Shown here in pieces: positions 39,717 to 53,700 of a stretch of DNA of 64,000 nt. Below the pieces are notes generated by a model that saw nothing but the letters and a program-made list of their open reading frames with translations, was not told where the DNA came from and did not search any database. The stretch lies in assembly GCF_009914755.1 (NCBI RefSeq), contig NC_060942.1; one strand, written 5' to 3'. The first letter of the stretch is position 1; the number at the start of each line of letters is the position of its first letter. The DNA comes from the human T2T-CHM13v2.0 reference genome, Homo sapiens. The translations under genes and the position numbers were made by a program.

Positions 39717-41388
39717 TCACAGTCCTGTCAATTAGCAAGGAGTCTTCCATTTTACAAATGGAGCTTACGGCTCCTTGGGCACATCCGGGGGCTTTCTCAG
39801 GGGCAGGGAAAAACCTGACCACTGAACAGCTCTCACATACTGTCCTTGTGGTTGGTCCTCTTGCCTTCAGACAGGCAAGAACTTTCTGGACCTCAGACCT
39901 ATGGGTGGATGTTAAACCACAAATCTTGGAGGCTGGCTTCTGTGCCCAGTGGCATCCTGTACAAAGTGTTGGGCCACCGTGAGTTCCTTCCCCACAGCAT
40001 CGGAGCACATATTGTAATGCAGATTGTACGCCCCCTCGAGAGTCGGAGCACTATTCACCAGCTTCTGCAGTGACCCCAGAGAGTGCCAGTGTGTGCCAGC
40101 TGCCTGGGTATCACATAGACCAGCCACACTCTTGGCACGCAGGAGGGGGTTGGGTGCCATCTCCCATTTTCTGCAAAATCCAGCCTAGAAGCACAGATGA
40201 GCTCTGTGTTCCAGGGTGTTCCTGAAGAGATTAGTGTTGTTGTCTGTCACACACATCATGATTGAATCTGGGGAAGTTTGAGGAAGGCGCAGGGGAGGGC
40301 CAGCTGGCTCAAGTGGACCCCTTCTGCCTGTCTGCCTGCCTGCCTCTGAGGGAGATTTTCAGGTGGCTTATCAGAGCTGGCTCACAGAAACACGGCCCTT
40401 CCAGGTCGGCTGCGGAATGTGGGGTCAGGAACCATAAACTGCAGTGTGAGATGAGGGCTGTCAGCTTAGCGGAAGGCAGAAAGCATCAATCATTTTTATG
40501 AGGTGCTTTGACCTTGCAGGATAGCCAAAACAACTTCGCAGACCCTAAAACATTCTTAAGTTACTTACGATTATTCTAATAATTATTCAGTCTGTACGAA
40601 GCTCTTTTGCTGAAATTCGTCCTGTATTGTCTCTTATTAGTTACTGTGATTAATCATTCCCATTCAGCAGTAGAGTTTAATCCATTCATTTAAAAACCTT
40701 TGTTAAACACATGTTCAGGCAACGCACTAGGAACTCTGCAATGGAGTTAAATAGGAAAGGCCTCTGCCTCCAGGAGTTTACAATCTTATTAGATTTCTCT
40801 ATCAAATCCTTTGTGGCACTAGTCATAAGTACAGATAAATTCCACAGATTTCAGAAGAAAGGTGTCCAAAAAAAGACATCAGAATTCAGGGAAAGAATGA
40901 CAATAATTTAAGTCAGGGGATTAAAATAGAGAAGGGCTACAAAACAATTCTGTGATGGCTTGAAATATGATCTAAAGCAAATTGAATTTTTTCAGGATCT
41001 ATTGAACACCCAGATCCTGGAGTCTGATCCGTGGCTGCAGCTACTCCAGGGTGTTTCGTGGCAGGGAGGAGGCAAGCTGATTTCCCAGACACAGAGAACT
41101 TTCAATGGGGAAACTGAAAAATACCAGCAATAAGTTTGGTTTTAACTGATGTTTTCTATCTATTAGAGAGAGGCTTACTAAGTGTTCACATGTAGATAAA
41201 TCCTTCGGACTATTTGCTCATAAACAATAAGGATTTTGTTCAACCAGTTCGTTATGAAGACAAATGAGGCCATGAAAACTTTGTTTTCTCAATGTCCTTC
41301 CTACCTACTCTTTTCTATTTGCTAAAATCCTTCAAGGTCAAGATCAAATGCTGTCCCCTCCTTGAAAGTTTCTTAAATCTTCTTCTAG

Positions 41389-41678
<290 letters not shown>

Positions 41679-43869
41679 ATATGGCAGTGATTTCTTTTTG
41701 ACTGGTGGAAACCAAACAGATTAAAGTGTTTCTTACTGTTTTATCCAAAAATTCCAACATTTTCAAGCATCCACATTTCCAGACTGCCTCTTTCAGCCAG
41801 AAATATAACAAAACTTTATCAAAATATGTCTTGATTTTTTATTTAGAGTCTGTGATCTATGATTGTAGTTATTTACAAATAAGTTTCCACTTTTAATAAT
41901 AACTTTCATATGGGCCATGATAGGTATTTCTCATCTTTTATTATCTGAAAGTATGCCTAGCACTGTGCTTCACACATACCAGTTATTAAGAAAGGTTCTG
42001 TAATATTGAATTGAATCTGCTTTCTATAACTTGTATATTAAACGCATGAGATTCAATAGGATACAAACAGGAAATGGCTTTATTTTTCCTCAACTATCAC
42101 TTCCATCTTTGGGCAAATATCCTTTCTCTGCACCTGTGTAATGTCTTCAAAGTCACTTTCAGTTATACAAAAACTCCCATTTTGATAGTTAAGATTCACA
42201 TTCAGTTATTAAAAAGTCCAGTATAGTCATATTTAAAATTTCCATCTCACATCCAATTAAAAATTTCTCCCTTCTCCTTTGCTCAAGCCTAATGCATGGT
42301 TGGGGGACCTGCAATGGGTCTTTGGGATTTCAGCCTAAGTTCTGTGAAAATCCATAATCCAAATGGAGAGAAAAGAGATACCTTGGGCACATAAGGTAAT
42401 GTGCTTGGGTCTACTTGCTTTATGTGAACAAAAACCAAGATTAAGGTCTAGTTTAAACTACCTTTAACTGTTGAATTTTTCATGGGTTTATAATGTGCTG
42501 ATGACTACAGCAACTTTTACAACTTTAACCACCCAGGCACCAAATCCAAATATTATTGCAGCACGGAGTAGAAGTATCCTTTGCAGGGAAGAGGCTAACA
42601 AAACTTTTGCTTTGCATTCTGAATATAGAATTAGCATCTGACAATCCCCTTGGAATTATAACTCTTGCATTGTTACACGCTAAATAGCTACACTTGTCTT
42701 GTTAATAAAATCATAGTAATTGAGTAGCATTTTCATTAAGACAGGAGTGTGGTTCATTTTGAAGATAGATGAAAAAACAACCTGGAGATTCCATCGAAAC
42801 TGCTGCTTCATTCAGATTGCACAGAACTCATATTAATGGGAAATTGTTCTGAACAAACATACCAGAAAGTCATCTGCCATTGCCCCCTCTGGGGTCAGCA
42901 CTGTATGAATCCCTGTCTTGGGTGGTTATCAGGTGTTCTTCAGTTTCTGGGCTGCCTCATTAGCTGGCAAAGTAGCTGCACATATGTATTTTAGAGACCC
43001 ACTTAGCATCCCTTGAGTACATAGAACTGCCCCAGATCTGACAGTATCCTAGAACAGAAGTAGACACAGACAGGGCTTCACTGAAGATGTTCCCCCAGCC
43101 ACACTTAATTTATTCATTTAAGAAACTCCACACATGCACACTGAGCAAATCACAGTTAATAACAGATCCCCCGTGATCTCATAGAGCCTGATGTAGAATC
43201 CAGAGTCAAGGTTTGGTATGGATTCTTCCCCTCCAAGGATGAGCAGGATGAGCTAACTTTTTAGATACAGCCATAGATAGGTGTCTCCGAGGACCCCCTC
43301 ACAGATTGCTTGACCTCTGTGTGCATTCTCGGCACACCTGCACCTAGTAACAAGATCAGTCTTGTTACTAGTTTATGGGGTTGTGTGGCAGGCTTTGGAT
43401 GGAGATGATGGAGCATCTTGGCAAGTTTTACACATCTGAACAACAGGTGCTCCCTGACCGTGAAGTGTGGAGAAGGCTGAGGGATAAGTAGCATCTTAAA
43501 GTCTAAGTAATAGCCTTTATATGTATTTGCACAGCCCCTCACCGTCAAATAAAACTAGGCAAATATAAAAGGAAATTAGGTTGCTAGCCAGTTTATATCT
43601 CAATGAAGACTAACATACCATTCCAGGACTCTAAGACTATGCTTCCTTGAGCCATAGATATCATCAGGGTATTTGGCAGCATCGTTGGGGCTAGATACCC
43701 AGCCCAACACAAAGCTACAGCGGAAATTTCACACAGATGCAAGTTATAGTCCCTATTCCCTAGAACCTCAAAATGTGTCCATTCTTTTGCTATTTCCTTG
43801 GCAAATATTTGTTTACTATCAAACTAGCTGCTGAAGAGACGAAGAAAGATTAATTGACTAATGTTGTTT

Positions 43870-44090
43870 TCATAGTGTGATGGAAAGAGCTTTGGAGTCA
43901 GTCAGCCATGCATTTTAATTGTGATGCTGCACTCACTATCTCTGTGGTCTTTGGTAAGTTAGTCACCCTCTCCGAGTGTCAGCAGCCTCAGCTATATTAA
44001 AGGGGTGAGGTTCACCTTTTGAATTTGGCGAGGGTTAGATGAGCCCCTGCCCATGAAATACCTAGCTTGGTGCCTGGCACATAGTAGGTG
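43870..44090 (+). mobile_element. MIR SINE
   Basis: 'tagtgtgatggaaagagctttggagtcag...gtgcctggcacatagtagg'. Confidence 0.7.
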
Positions 44091-44465
44091 TGTTGTAGGT
44101 CCTATTCCCCAGGAAACAGACTCTCAGATTCTGAGACTGGTATGCAGATGAGTGCTGGGGAGTGCTTTCAGAAGGAGTCCTTGGAGGGAGGCAGGACTGG
44201 GCTGAAGGAGGAGCTGACTAGGAACAGAGAGCTGAGCCTTTTCCTTGGGAGCTGCAGAGCTCAGCAACTGGCCCATTAGAGATATCCTGAGGCAAGGGGA
44301 CCTTTGTCCTTTGTCCCCTTGCACTGGCTTCCTGCCTTCAGGGAGGAAGCATAACCTTGCGTGAGGCAGCTTCTGTCAATGGAAGGCAATCCCTGGTGTA
44401 GGCAGACAATATCCCCTGTCTGCCCAAAAGCAGAGCACCACAGATCCTGGCAGAGCACCACAGTA
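44090..44465 (-). mobile_element. LTR16-like ERVL LTR
   Basis: 'ttccccaggaaacagactct...tgcagatgagtgctggggagtgct'. Confidence 0.5.
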
Positions 44466-44712
44466 CTCAAAGTACTCAAAGTACTCAATGACCATGAGCT
44501 CTCTTCTGCAAAATTCTAGATGGCTAGAGCTCAGTGGAGCAGATGAGGCATGAGCAGGAACACTGCTGAATATCAAGTGTGTGTGTCTTAGAGGAAGCAC
44601 AGACACAATGTTACGAAGTTCAGAGAGGGCTTTTAGCTGGGGTCACTCAGAGAAGGCTTGAGAGATATGCCCTTGAATCAGTGTAAGAAAAACAGTGTAA
44701 GAAAAGTATTTC

Positions 44713-45225
44713 GTTCTTGCGATAGTTTACTGAGAATGATGATTTCCAATTTCATCCATGTCCCTACAAAGGACATGAACTCATCATTTTTTATGGCTGC
44801 ATAGTATTCCACGGTGTATATGTGCCACATTTTCTTAATCCAGTCTATCATTGTTGGACATTTGGGTTGGTTCCAAGTCTTTGCTATTGTGAATAGTGCC
44901 GCAATAAACATACGTGTGCATGGAAATCATCATTCTCAGTAAACTATCGCAAGAACAAAAAACCAAACACTGCATATTCTCACTCATAGGTGGGAATTGA
45001 ACAATGAGAACACATGGACACAGGAAGGGGAACATCACACTCTGGGGACTGTTGTGGGGTGGGGGGAGGGGGGGAGGGATAGCATTGGGAGATATACCTA
45101 ATGCTAGATGATGAGCTAGTGGGTGCAGCACACCCGCATGTCACATGTATACATATGTAACTAACCTGCACATTGTGCACATGTACCCTAAAACTTAAAG
45201 TATAATAATAATTATAATAATAAAA
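44713..45225 (+). mobile_element. Young 5'-truncated, 5'-inverted L1 (L1PA2-like)
   Basis: 44713-44921 is antisense ORF2 C-terminus (MFIAALFTIAKTWNQPKCP...); 44921-45225 is sense 3'UTR with G-tract and patterned A tail; GAG rather than ACA/ACG at the Ta diagnostic site; imperfect TSD aagaaaagtattt / aagaaagcattc. Confidence 0.95.
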
Positions 45226-45870
45226 AGAAAGCATTCATTGTGTGGGACATAGACAAGAGTGCTGAGCAATGTCAGGGGAAAGGGAGCCTAGGAAGGGCTG
45301 GAGAAGTTGGGGAAAGTTTTGTGGTGGAGTGTCTCTGTGTTGACTCATCAGTATCCTTCCCTGTGCTTATTAACAACTAAGGTCTTGGGATCCACTAGGA
45401 CCTGGGTCTGAATTGGGAATATGCATTTTATAACCCACCTGGTCAATTCTGATGCATGCTGAAAGTTTGGAAACCCTGATTAGCAGCTTTAACTCATCTT
45501 AGTCTTACTCATTCTTTAGAACTCAGGCCAAGTGCTGTCTCATTAACTTGCTGAACACTTGTGACAGTCAAGCTGCTGTACTCAGCCATAGCGAAATACC
45601 AGATTCTCTGTCATCAGGGGCTCACGATCTAATGAGAGGGCAGGAATGTAAACAAATCATATGGGATAAAGATGGGCAAGTACTATTCTGTGGGAGGATG
45701 ACTTTGGAGCTATGTAGATCCGAGTAGTAATTCACGAGTTTCCTAGCTCTGTGGTTTGGATAAAATCCAGAACAAAAGTGGGGGATTAACTTTGGATAAT
45801 AGAAGAAACTCCAATTCCTCTTGGATGGAGTGAAAGAAATATTTCTAAATCCTCTTAGCCTCATCTTTAA

Positions 45871-46218
<348 letters not shown>

Positions 46219-47620
46219 AAGGCATGCAAACTTTTTAGGGTTAAAATGCATTCCCAAGAGCCCCTTCCTTTTACCCAAGAAGGCACTTAGTCCCCAATTA
46301 TTCTTCCAATTATTCTGTAGTACCGACAGTCTATGTGGTGCTCATCATGTTCTTCCTGTTCTGCTCCCCTTGAGGAGGTCCAGGGCTTGTGAGACCACTC
46401 AAGGAAGGCTCACCACTACCACTGTGGTCATCCCAGGTGCTTCTAGAGCTGCAGACCTCAGCTTGCCAGAGAGAAGCCAGGCAGGTCCATGGAGAGGAAG
46501 AGAGAAGGTGGCCAGCTCCTGTTCTTAGGTCACACTCTGTCCCATAGGCCCAAGTCAATTCTCATGTCCAGAGTCTTAGAGTCTCCTGTGGACAGTTTCT
46601 GGTATTTAGTTTATGCCTCAAATCCGAAAGACTCTCAAGATCATCAAGATCTGTCAGTTTCCAGCTCTCATATATCTAAAGCATGGGGGCATAAACTCAG
46701 TCCAAAAGTCAGGAAGGGAATAGAGACTGGATAATTCCTCATTGTCCTCTCCTCCCCTCAGCTGAAATGCATTTCCAGAAGCAACAGTCCACCTTGATAT
46801 CACGATTTTCCTGGTTCCCCTGCTTCTTGCAGCAACAGTGTCTTGGGACATCTCGTTCTTTTAGCAGAATCTCTTTGCCTTACTTTTTCACTGCTAAAAT
46901 GTCCATCAAAGCACTTGTCCATAAACCATATGGATGGTCTGCAGAATGACAGAATCAGGGGCCACTGATTCCAACTTGGGGCAATCAAGGAGGCTTCAGG
47001 GAGGCAGTGCCCTCGATCTGGGAATAGCAGGCCAGGCAGTGAGGAGGTGGAGAGGCAGCTCAGGATAGGCTCTGGAGTCTGAGAGCCCTGAGTTCAAATC
47101 CTGTGCTGCCTCTTTTTTCAGCCAAATGAGCTTGGGCCAGTTTCATGGTCATCTCTTTCCAGTTGGAGTCCATGGCCCCCCCACTCCAGTGAACCAGAAA
47201 GCTACTCAAACTTTAAAAAATGCTCTGGTTATTTATAGTATTCTAGGGCCAATTTTGATCTCAAGGTTCCTGTCCTTCCCCTCCCTCTAGCTGTCAAGAG
47301 AGAAACACCTCCTTATGGTCTAGCAAGTTGGAGTGAAGTGCCAAGATCATGGCCATAGGAGAAGGTGTAGTCTCACCTACCATGGGTAGCTTTGAGGATT
47401 ACAACTTTTTAATTTGTTACAGAAGTAAAAGTAGGGGCAGATGAAGAAAAGTTTGTAAGGTTATAGGGAAATTTATACCCCTTCCCTATAATATAATCAT
47501 CATAAAAGCTAATATTTACTGAGTACTTATTATGAGAAAGGTATAGTATTAAGTGTGGATTAAATGAAATAATGGATTACCTTACTAACCCTATATCAAT
47601 ATTAAGAGATCTGTATTATC

Positions 47621-48002
<382 letters not shown>

Positions 48003-48037
48003 CTAGGACTAAGATGAGTACTTGGCACATAAATACC

Positions 48038-48666
48038 TACTATGGTCTAAATGTTTGTGTCTCCCCAAATTCACATGGTGAACTTCTATGAGTACAAAAA
48101 TATGGTTAGAATGAATAAGATCTAGTATTTGGTAGCACAACAGGATGACTACAGTCAACAATAATTTATTGTACATTTACAAATAACTAAATGAATATAA
48201 TTGGAATGTTCATAACACAAAGAAATGATAAATGAGTGAGGTGATGGATACACCATTTATTTTGATGTGGTAAAAATCTCATTTACCCCATAAATATATG
48301 CACCTACTATGTACCTACAAAAATGAAAAATTAAAAAAAAGAAAGAAATCCTAACCTCCAAGGTGGTAGTATTAGGAGGTGGGGCCTTGAGTAGTGATTA
48401 GGTCAGGAAGGTGGAGCCCTCATTAATGAAATTAATGTACTTATAAAATAGGTCCAAGGGAGCTCATTTGCTCCTCCTACCGTGTGAGGACACAGCAAGT
48501 AGGTGCCATCTGTGAACCAGAAAGCAAGCCCTCACCAGACGCCAACTTTGCTAGCATCTTGATCTTGGATTTCCTAACCTCTAGAGCTGTGGGAAATACA
48601 TTTCAGTTGTTTGCAAGCCACTCAGTCTATGGTATTTTGTTATAGCAACCCAAATAGACTATGACA
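48038..48666 (+). mobile_element. MLT1A-type MaLR solo LTR with nested L1MA 3' end
   Basis: 5-bp TSD atacc (48033-48037 / 48667-48671); LTR parts 48038-48083 and 48345-48666. Confidence 0.85.
48084..48344 (+). mobile_element. L1MA 3'UTR fragment with A tail
   Basis: 'gaatgaataagatctagtatttggtagcacaacagg...cacctactatgtacc'. Confidence 0.85.
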
Positions 48667-49030
48667 ATACCCAAATGGTATTTGCTAACTGGATAAATCA
48701 TCACCTTTTTCTTATAGATGAGGACCCTAATGTTAGAGAACTTAGGTGACTTGACCCTAAGCAGCCTGACTCAGCGTCTGCTGCTCTGAGCCACTCACTA
48801 GACCACTCCACATGTTGGTGAGCTTCAAGGGGGAGTAGAAGTCTGGAAAATCTGTGGTAAAGTTTCAGAATGGCTGGTACAAAGAGTACAAGAAGAGGGT
48901 GGCCTGAGAGAGACAAAAAGATCGCCTCGCATTTGAAAGCCCTCCAGACATCGACATCTCTGTCAATTCGCAGTTGTGAGACAGGAGTTTATTCATAATT
49001 CTGCTGGTTAACCCTTAGAAGAGGAAGCCA

Positions 49031-49031
49031 T

Positions 49032-49069
<38 letters not shown>

Positions 49070-49322
49070 CTATGTGTGTATGTATGTAGGTGTATGTGTG
49101 TATGTGTATATCTGTGTCTGTGTGTATTTGCGTGTGTATGCATGTACGTATGTGTATGTGTCTATGTGTGTATGTGTGTTTATGGGTATGCATGTCTGTA
49201 TGTGTATATGTGTCTGTGTATGTCTATGTGTACATGCGTGTTTGTATGTGTGTGTGTGTATATGTGCATACGCGTGTGTGTGTGTGTCTTTGTGTATGTG
49301 GCTGTGTGTGTGTGTGTGTGTT
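49031..49322. repeat. Long degenerate (TG)n/(TATG)n tract
   Basis: ~290 bp of mostly alternating purine-pyrimidine sequence. Confidence 0.95.
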
Positions 49323-50269
49323 TGGGATGAGGTGGGGGGAGGTGAAGGGAAAGCAGTGGACAGAGGCATTGCATTGATTGTTAGGTTAACAAAGCACCAG
49401 GCAACAAGCTTCCTAACAGAGCACTCTGTAAACAAAAAATATAAAGTTAGTTATGTGCAGTCTAAGCTCACACAGCTAATCAATGGAAGAGCCAGGATTA
49501 AATATGCATCCAAAGACCCCCAGCCAGGGAGGAGATAGCTTTCTTCTTATCATTTACTTAAGCAGACATTCCATTACCCAGTCAGACTTGACAACAGATT
49601 GCTTTTTACAGGGAGTACCTCATAGGACCAGTGTTCCAAATGGTAAAATACACCCAGTGAATGGAGAGGTGTGTAGCAAGGATACCCTCTCCCTTCACAG
49701 GCAGATAGCTTTGTATCTACACTTAGCATCAGCAGGCTTCTCTCCACCCTGCCAAGCTTGCTGAGGACAGGGATGGGTTTTATTGCTCTTCGTTCTCCCT
49801 CCACACCAGAATAATTCCTGGTGTTTTATAGGTGCTCAGGAAAACACACATTTCATTAACCTGAATTAGTCCCTGAAGCCAGCTGTGCAGAATCCATATC
49901 TGTGGGAGCCCTGTGGCTGAGCACCCCATCTCTTCGCTCCCCTTCTCCCTGTGCATGGGCCTGGGTAAGAACCACAGCATTTCAGAGACATGAGGCATGG
50001 CCCTGTCTGAGAACTCCTACACTGCCCAGCACAATCCGTAGTAAAACACTGACCTGCAGAATAACTTTCCACTTCCTGCGTATCCCATCTTGAGACATTC
50101 CTTCCGAAGCTTTAGCTGAAGATTTCGTAACCGCCCTCCAGAGCAGTGGTTCTTTATTCTTTCGTCTCTCTCACACCCCCACCTTCTTTCTTGACTTTGA
50201 TCTTCTCCTCGCTCACCTTATATTCCTTTATGCATCTATCTCTGGCCTTCTTCCTCATTTCCCTGAGGC

Positions 50270-50520
50270 AGTTGTAGTAAAGTGACATGAGTGCTCTACT
50301 CGGGGTCAGGAGGCTTCGGCTTTGCTCTGCCTCTTTCTTGTGCCTGCACCAGGAAGTTGTTCAGCTTCTTGAAGCCTTATTTTCTTCTCCCACTAAATGA
50401 GATGATCCATGTAGGTATTCAATGATACTTTCATTAGCTGTGGAGTTGTTGGGAGATTAAATAGGACAGTATTTGTGAAGCCTTGCAGATACAAAGCTCA
50501 AAGTACACATTAGGCATTAT
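50270..50520 (+). mobile_element. MIR SINE
   Basis: Degenerate MIR 5' and core similarity. Confidence 0.5.
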
Positions 50521-51261
50521 TATGACTTTCTATCTTTATTTTTTCTTCCGTGTTGTTTTCTCAAAGATCATTCTTAAGGATACTGGAAAGATATACAAAG
50601 AAAGGACAGGACAGAAATTAGAATGTTCACCAGGGGAAATGCTTAGATTCTTAGCGACAAACTCAGCTCATTGGAGGGCTGAGCCTGAGTGAGGCTCCTT
50701 CAGAAACTGGATGAAGCGATGCACATCTATTTATGCAGCATTTCTTTATACATTTATGAGCTTCCGAGTATAAATGTATATGTATTATGAACTTGATTCA
50801 CATATTAAACTATTTAATATGAGAATATTTAATAATCTTGTGAGATGAGGAAGAGATATGAGAAAGGGAGGGAAAAGAGAGAAAGAAAGTGAGTCAGGAG
50901 AAATGAAAGAGGGTCATGGATGGTTGGTGCCCAAGCAAAAGAGGGAAAGGGAGAGAGAAAAGAGATGGGAGGGAGAGCCCCGGGCTCGGGGAGCAGCAGT
51001 GGCAGGATTGTCAGCCAGCTACTGAGAGAGAAGATCCTGGAGCTGGTAAGAAGCTGACTGAATATGTGTTGGACATGGCATGTGGCCTTTTATGAAACAG
51101 GTTGGATATTTAGAAAGTGAAGCTTTCAAAGTCTGTCTTTCTGGCCTTTGAGGTTCCTTTAGTTTCTGTCATTAAGGAGTCTCCTCTTGAGACGTGGCAT
51201 ACATATTTTTCCCCAACAAGGCCCTGGTTGAAGTGAAAGTAGATTGCCTTGAGGGGAAAGC

Positions 51262-51665
51262 ACACTAGTTCAGTTCTTGCACTGCTATAAAGAAATACCC
51301 AAGACTGGGTAATTTATAAAGAACAGAGGTTTAATTGGCTCACAGTTCTGCAGATTGTAGAGGAGGCATAGTGGCTTCTGCTGCTGGGGAGGCCTCAGGA
51401 AACTTACAACCATGGCGAAAGGCCAAGCAGAAGCAGGCACGTTTTACGTGGTTGGAGCAGGAGAAAGCAGGGAAGGTGCTGCCACACACTTTTAAACAAC
51501 CAGATCTCACAAGAACTCACTATCACAACAGCACCAAGAGGGATGGTGTTAAACCATGAAGAACCACCCCCATGATCCAATCACTTCCCATCAGGCCCCA
51601 CCTCCAACAGTGGGGATTATAATTAGACATGAGGTTTGGTGGGGACACAGATCCAAACCACATCA
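51262..51665 (-). mobile_element. MSTA-like MaLR solo LTR
   Basis: 'ctgctataaagaaatacccaagactgggtaatttataaag...ggaggcctcaggaaacttacaa...atccaaacca'. Confidence 0.88.
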
Positions 51666-51856
51666 TCCATGATTACTTATTACTGTTATTTTAGGATAGC
51701 TCCCTTTCAAACAGGGGAGCAACACAGCTGGTGTTTAGGAGCTCAGACCCTGGAGCGTAGACTTCCTGTGAGTTCAAGGCCAGGCTCCATCATCACAAGT
51801 TGCCAGACTTGGGTGATTTACTCCACTTCTCAGGGTCTCATTTCCACCATATGTAA

Positions 51857-52488
<632 letters not shown>

Positions 52489-52796
52489 CTCTCTGGTTTC
52501 ATTTTCGTAGTTGCCTGCCTCATTCTGCCAGTGCTTACAGGGCAGGAGATGACCATCCATTCTGGCTTCCCCATCAATGGTAAGAATGATGGCTTCAATG
52601 CTGTCTCATTTACCACTGTTGAAACCTCAAGGAGAAACACTTTTGACTTAAGGATTGAGAAAACCCAAAATGTCTTTAGCTATTAGGATGTTATTGATGA
52701 CTCATTTGTAATATCTCTGGAGTCTGATTGAAAAGGATTTATTAAGCTATGTTGCATAATATAGTAGGATTCTACATTTAATAAGTATGTGCTCTC

Positions 52797-52838
<42 letters not shown>

Positions 52839-53154
52839 TTTCTATCTATTCACCTATCATCAATCTATTCATCCATCTCTTGTAATCTATTGGAATCTCA
52901 TACTTATTTGTACGTTGTTGAATTAATGTCTATTTCACTTACCAGATGGGATACTTCAAGACTACAGGAGCCACATCTGTTTCATTCACTCTAAGTCAGC
53001 TCTGTTTGCAACAAGGCCAGGTGTAGTAGGTGCTCATAACACTGTGCTGAATGAATGAGTGATCCATGTAACCCTCTTACCCAGTCCCAGTCATTCTTCA
53101 TTCCTTCATTCCTTGCTTACTCTTTCTTGTACTGCAATGGCTTTTTAATTTTTG

Positions 53155-53700
53155 ATTTTTTAATTGAGATATGATTCACATACCATAAAATCCACTCATT
53201 TAAAGTGCACAATTCCGTGGCTTTTAGTATATGCACCCAGTGGTACAACCATCACCACTACCTATTTCCAGAACATTACCATCTCCCCAGAAGAAACCTC
53301 ATACCCATTAGCAGTCATTCACCATTTTCCCTTCTCCCCTGCCCATCACAGTCAGCAATCTACTTTCTGTCTCTATGGATTTTCCTATTTTGGGCATTTC
53401 AAACAAATTGAATCATTCAATTTGTGGTATTTTGTGCCTGGACCTTTTACATAGCATAATGTTTTCAAAGTTTATCCATGTTGTAGTAAGTATCAGTACT
53501 TCATTCCCTTTTATGGCCAGATATGTTCCGTTTTATGGATATACCACATTTTGTTTATCCATTCATCAGTGGATGGACATTTGGGTAGCTTCCCCTCTTA
53601 GGCTATTATGTATAATGCTTCTATGAACATCCCTCTACAGGTTTTTGGGTGGACATGTTTTCAATTTTCTTGGGTATATCTCTAAGACTGCAATTGCTAG
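53155..53700 (-). mobile_element. L1MB-like 3' end
   Basis: 'ttgagatatgattcacataccataaaatccactcatttaaagtg...atccattcatcagtggatggacatttggg'. Confidence 0.85.

Noticed and set aside
44678-44911. ORF matching the L1 ORF2p C-terminus
   Set aside because: Fragment within a truncated, inverted L1; not a gene
49008-49538. Cys/Val- and His/Thr-rich ORFs
   Set aside because: Translations of the (TG)n tract
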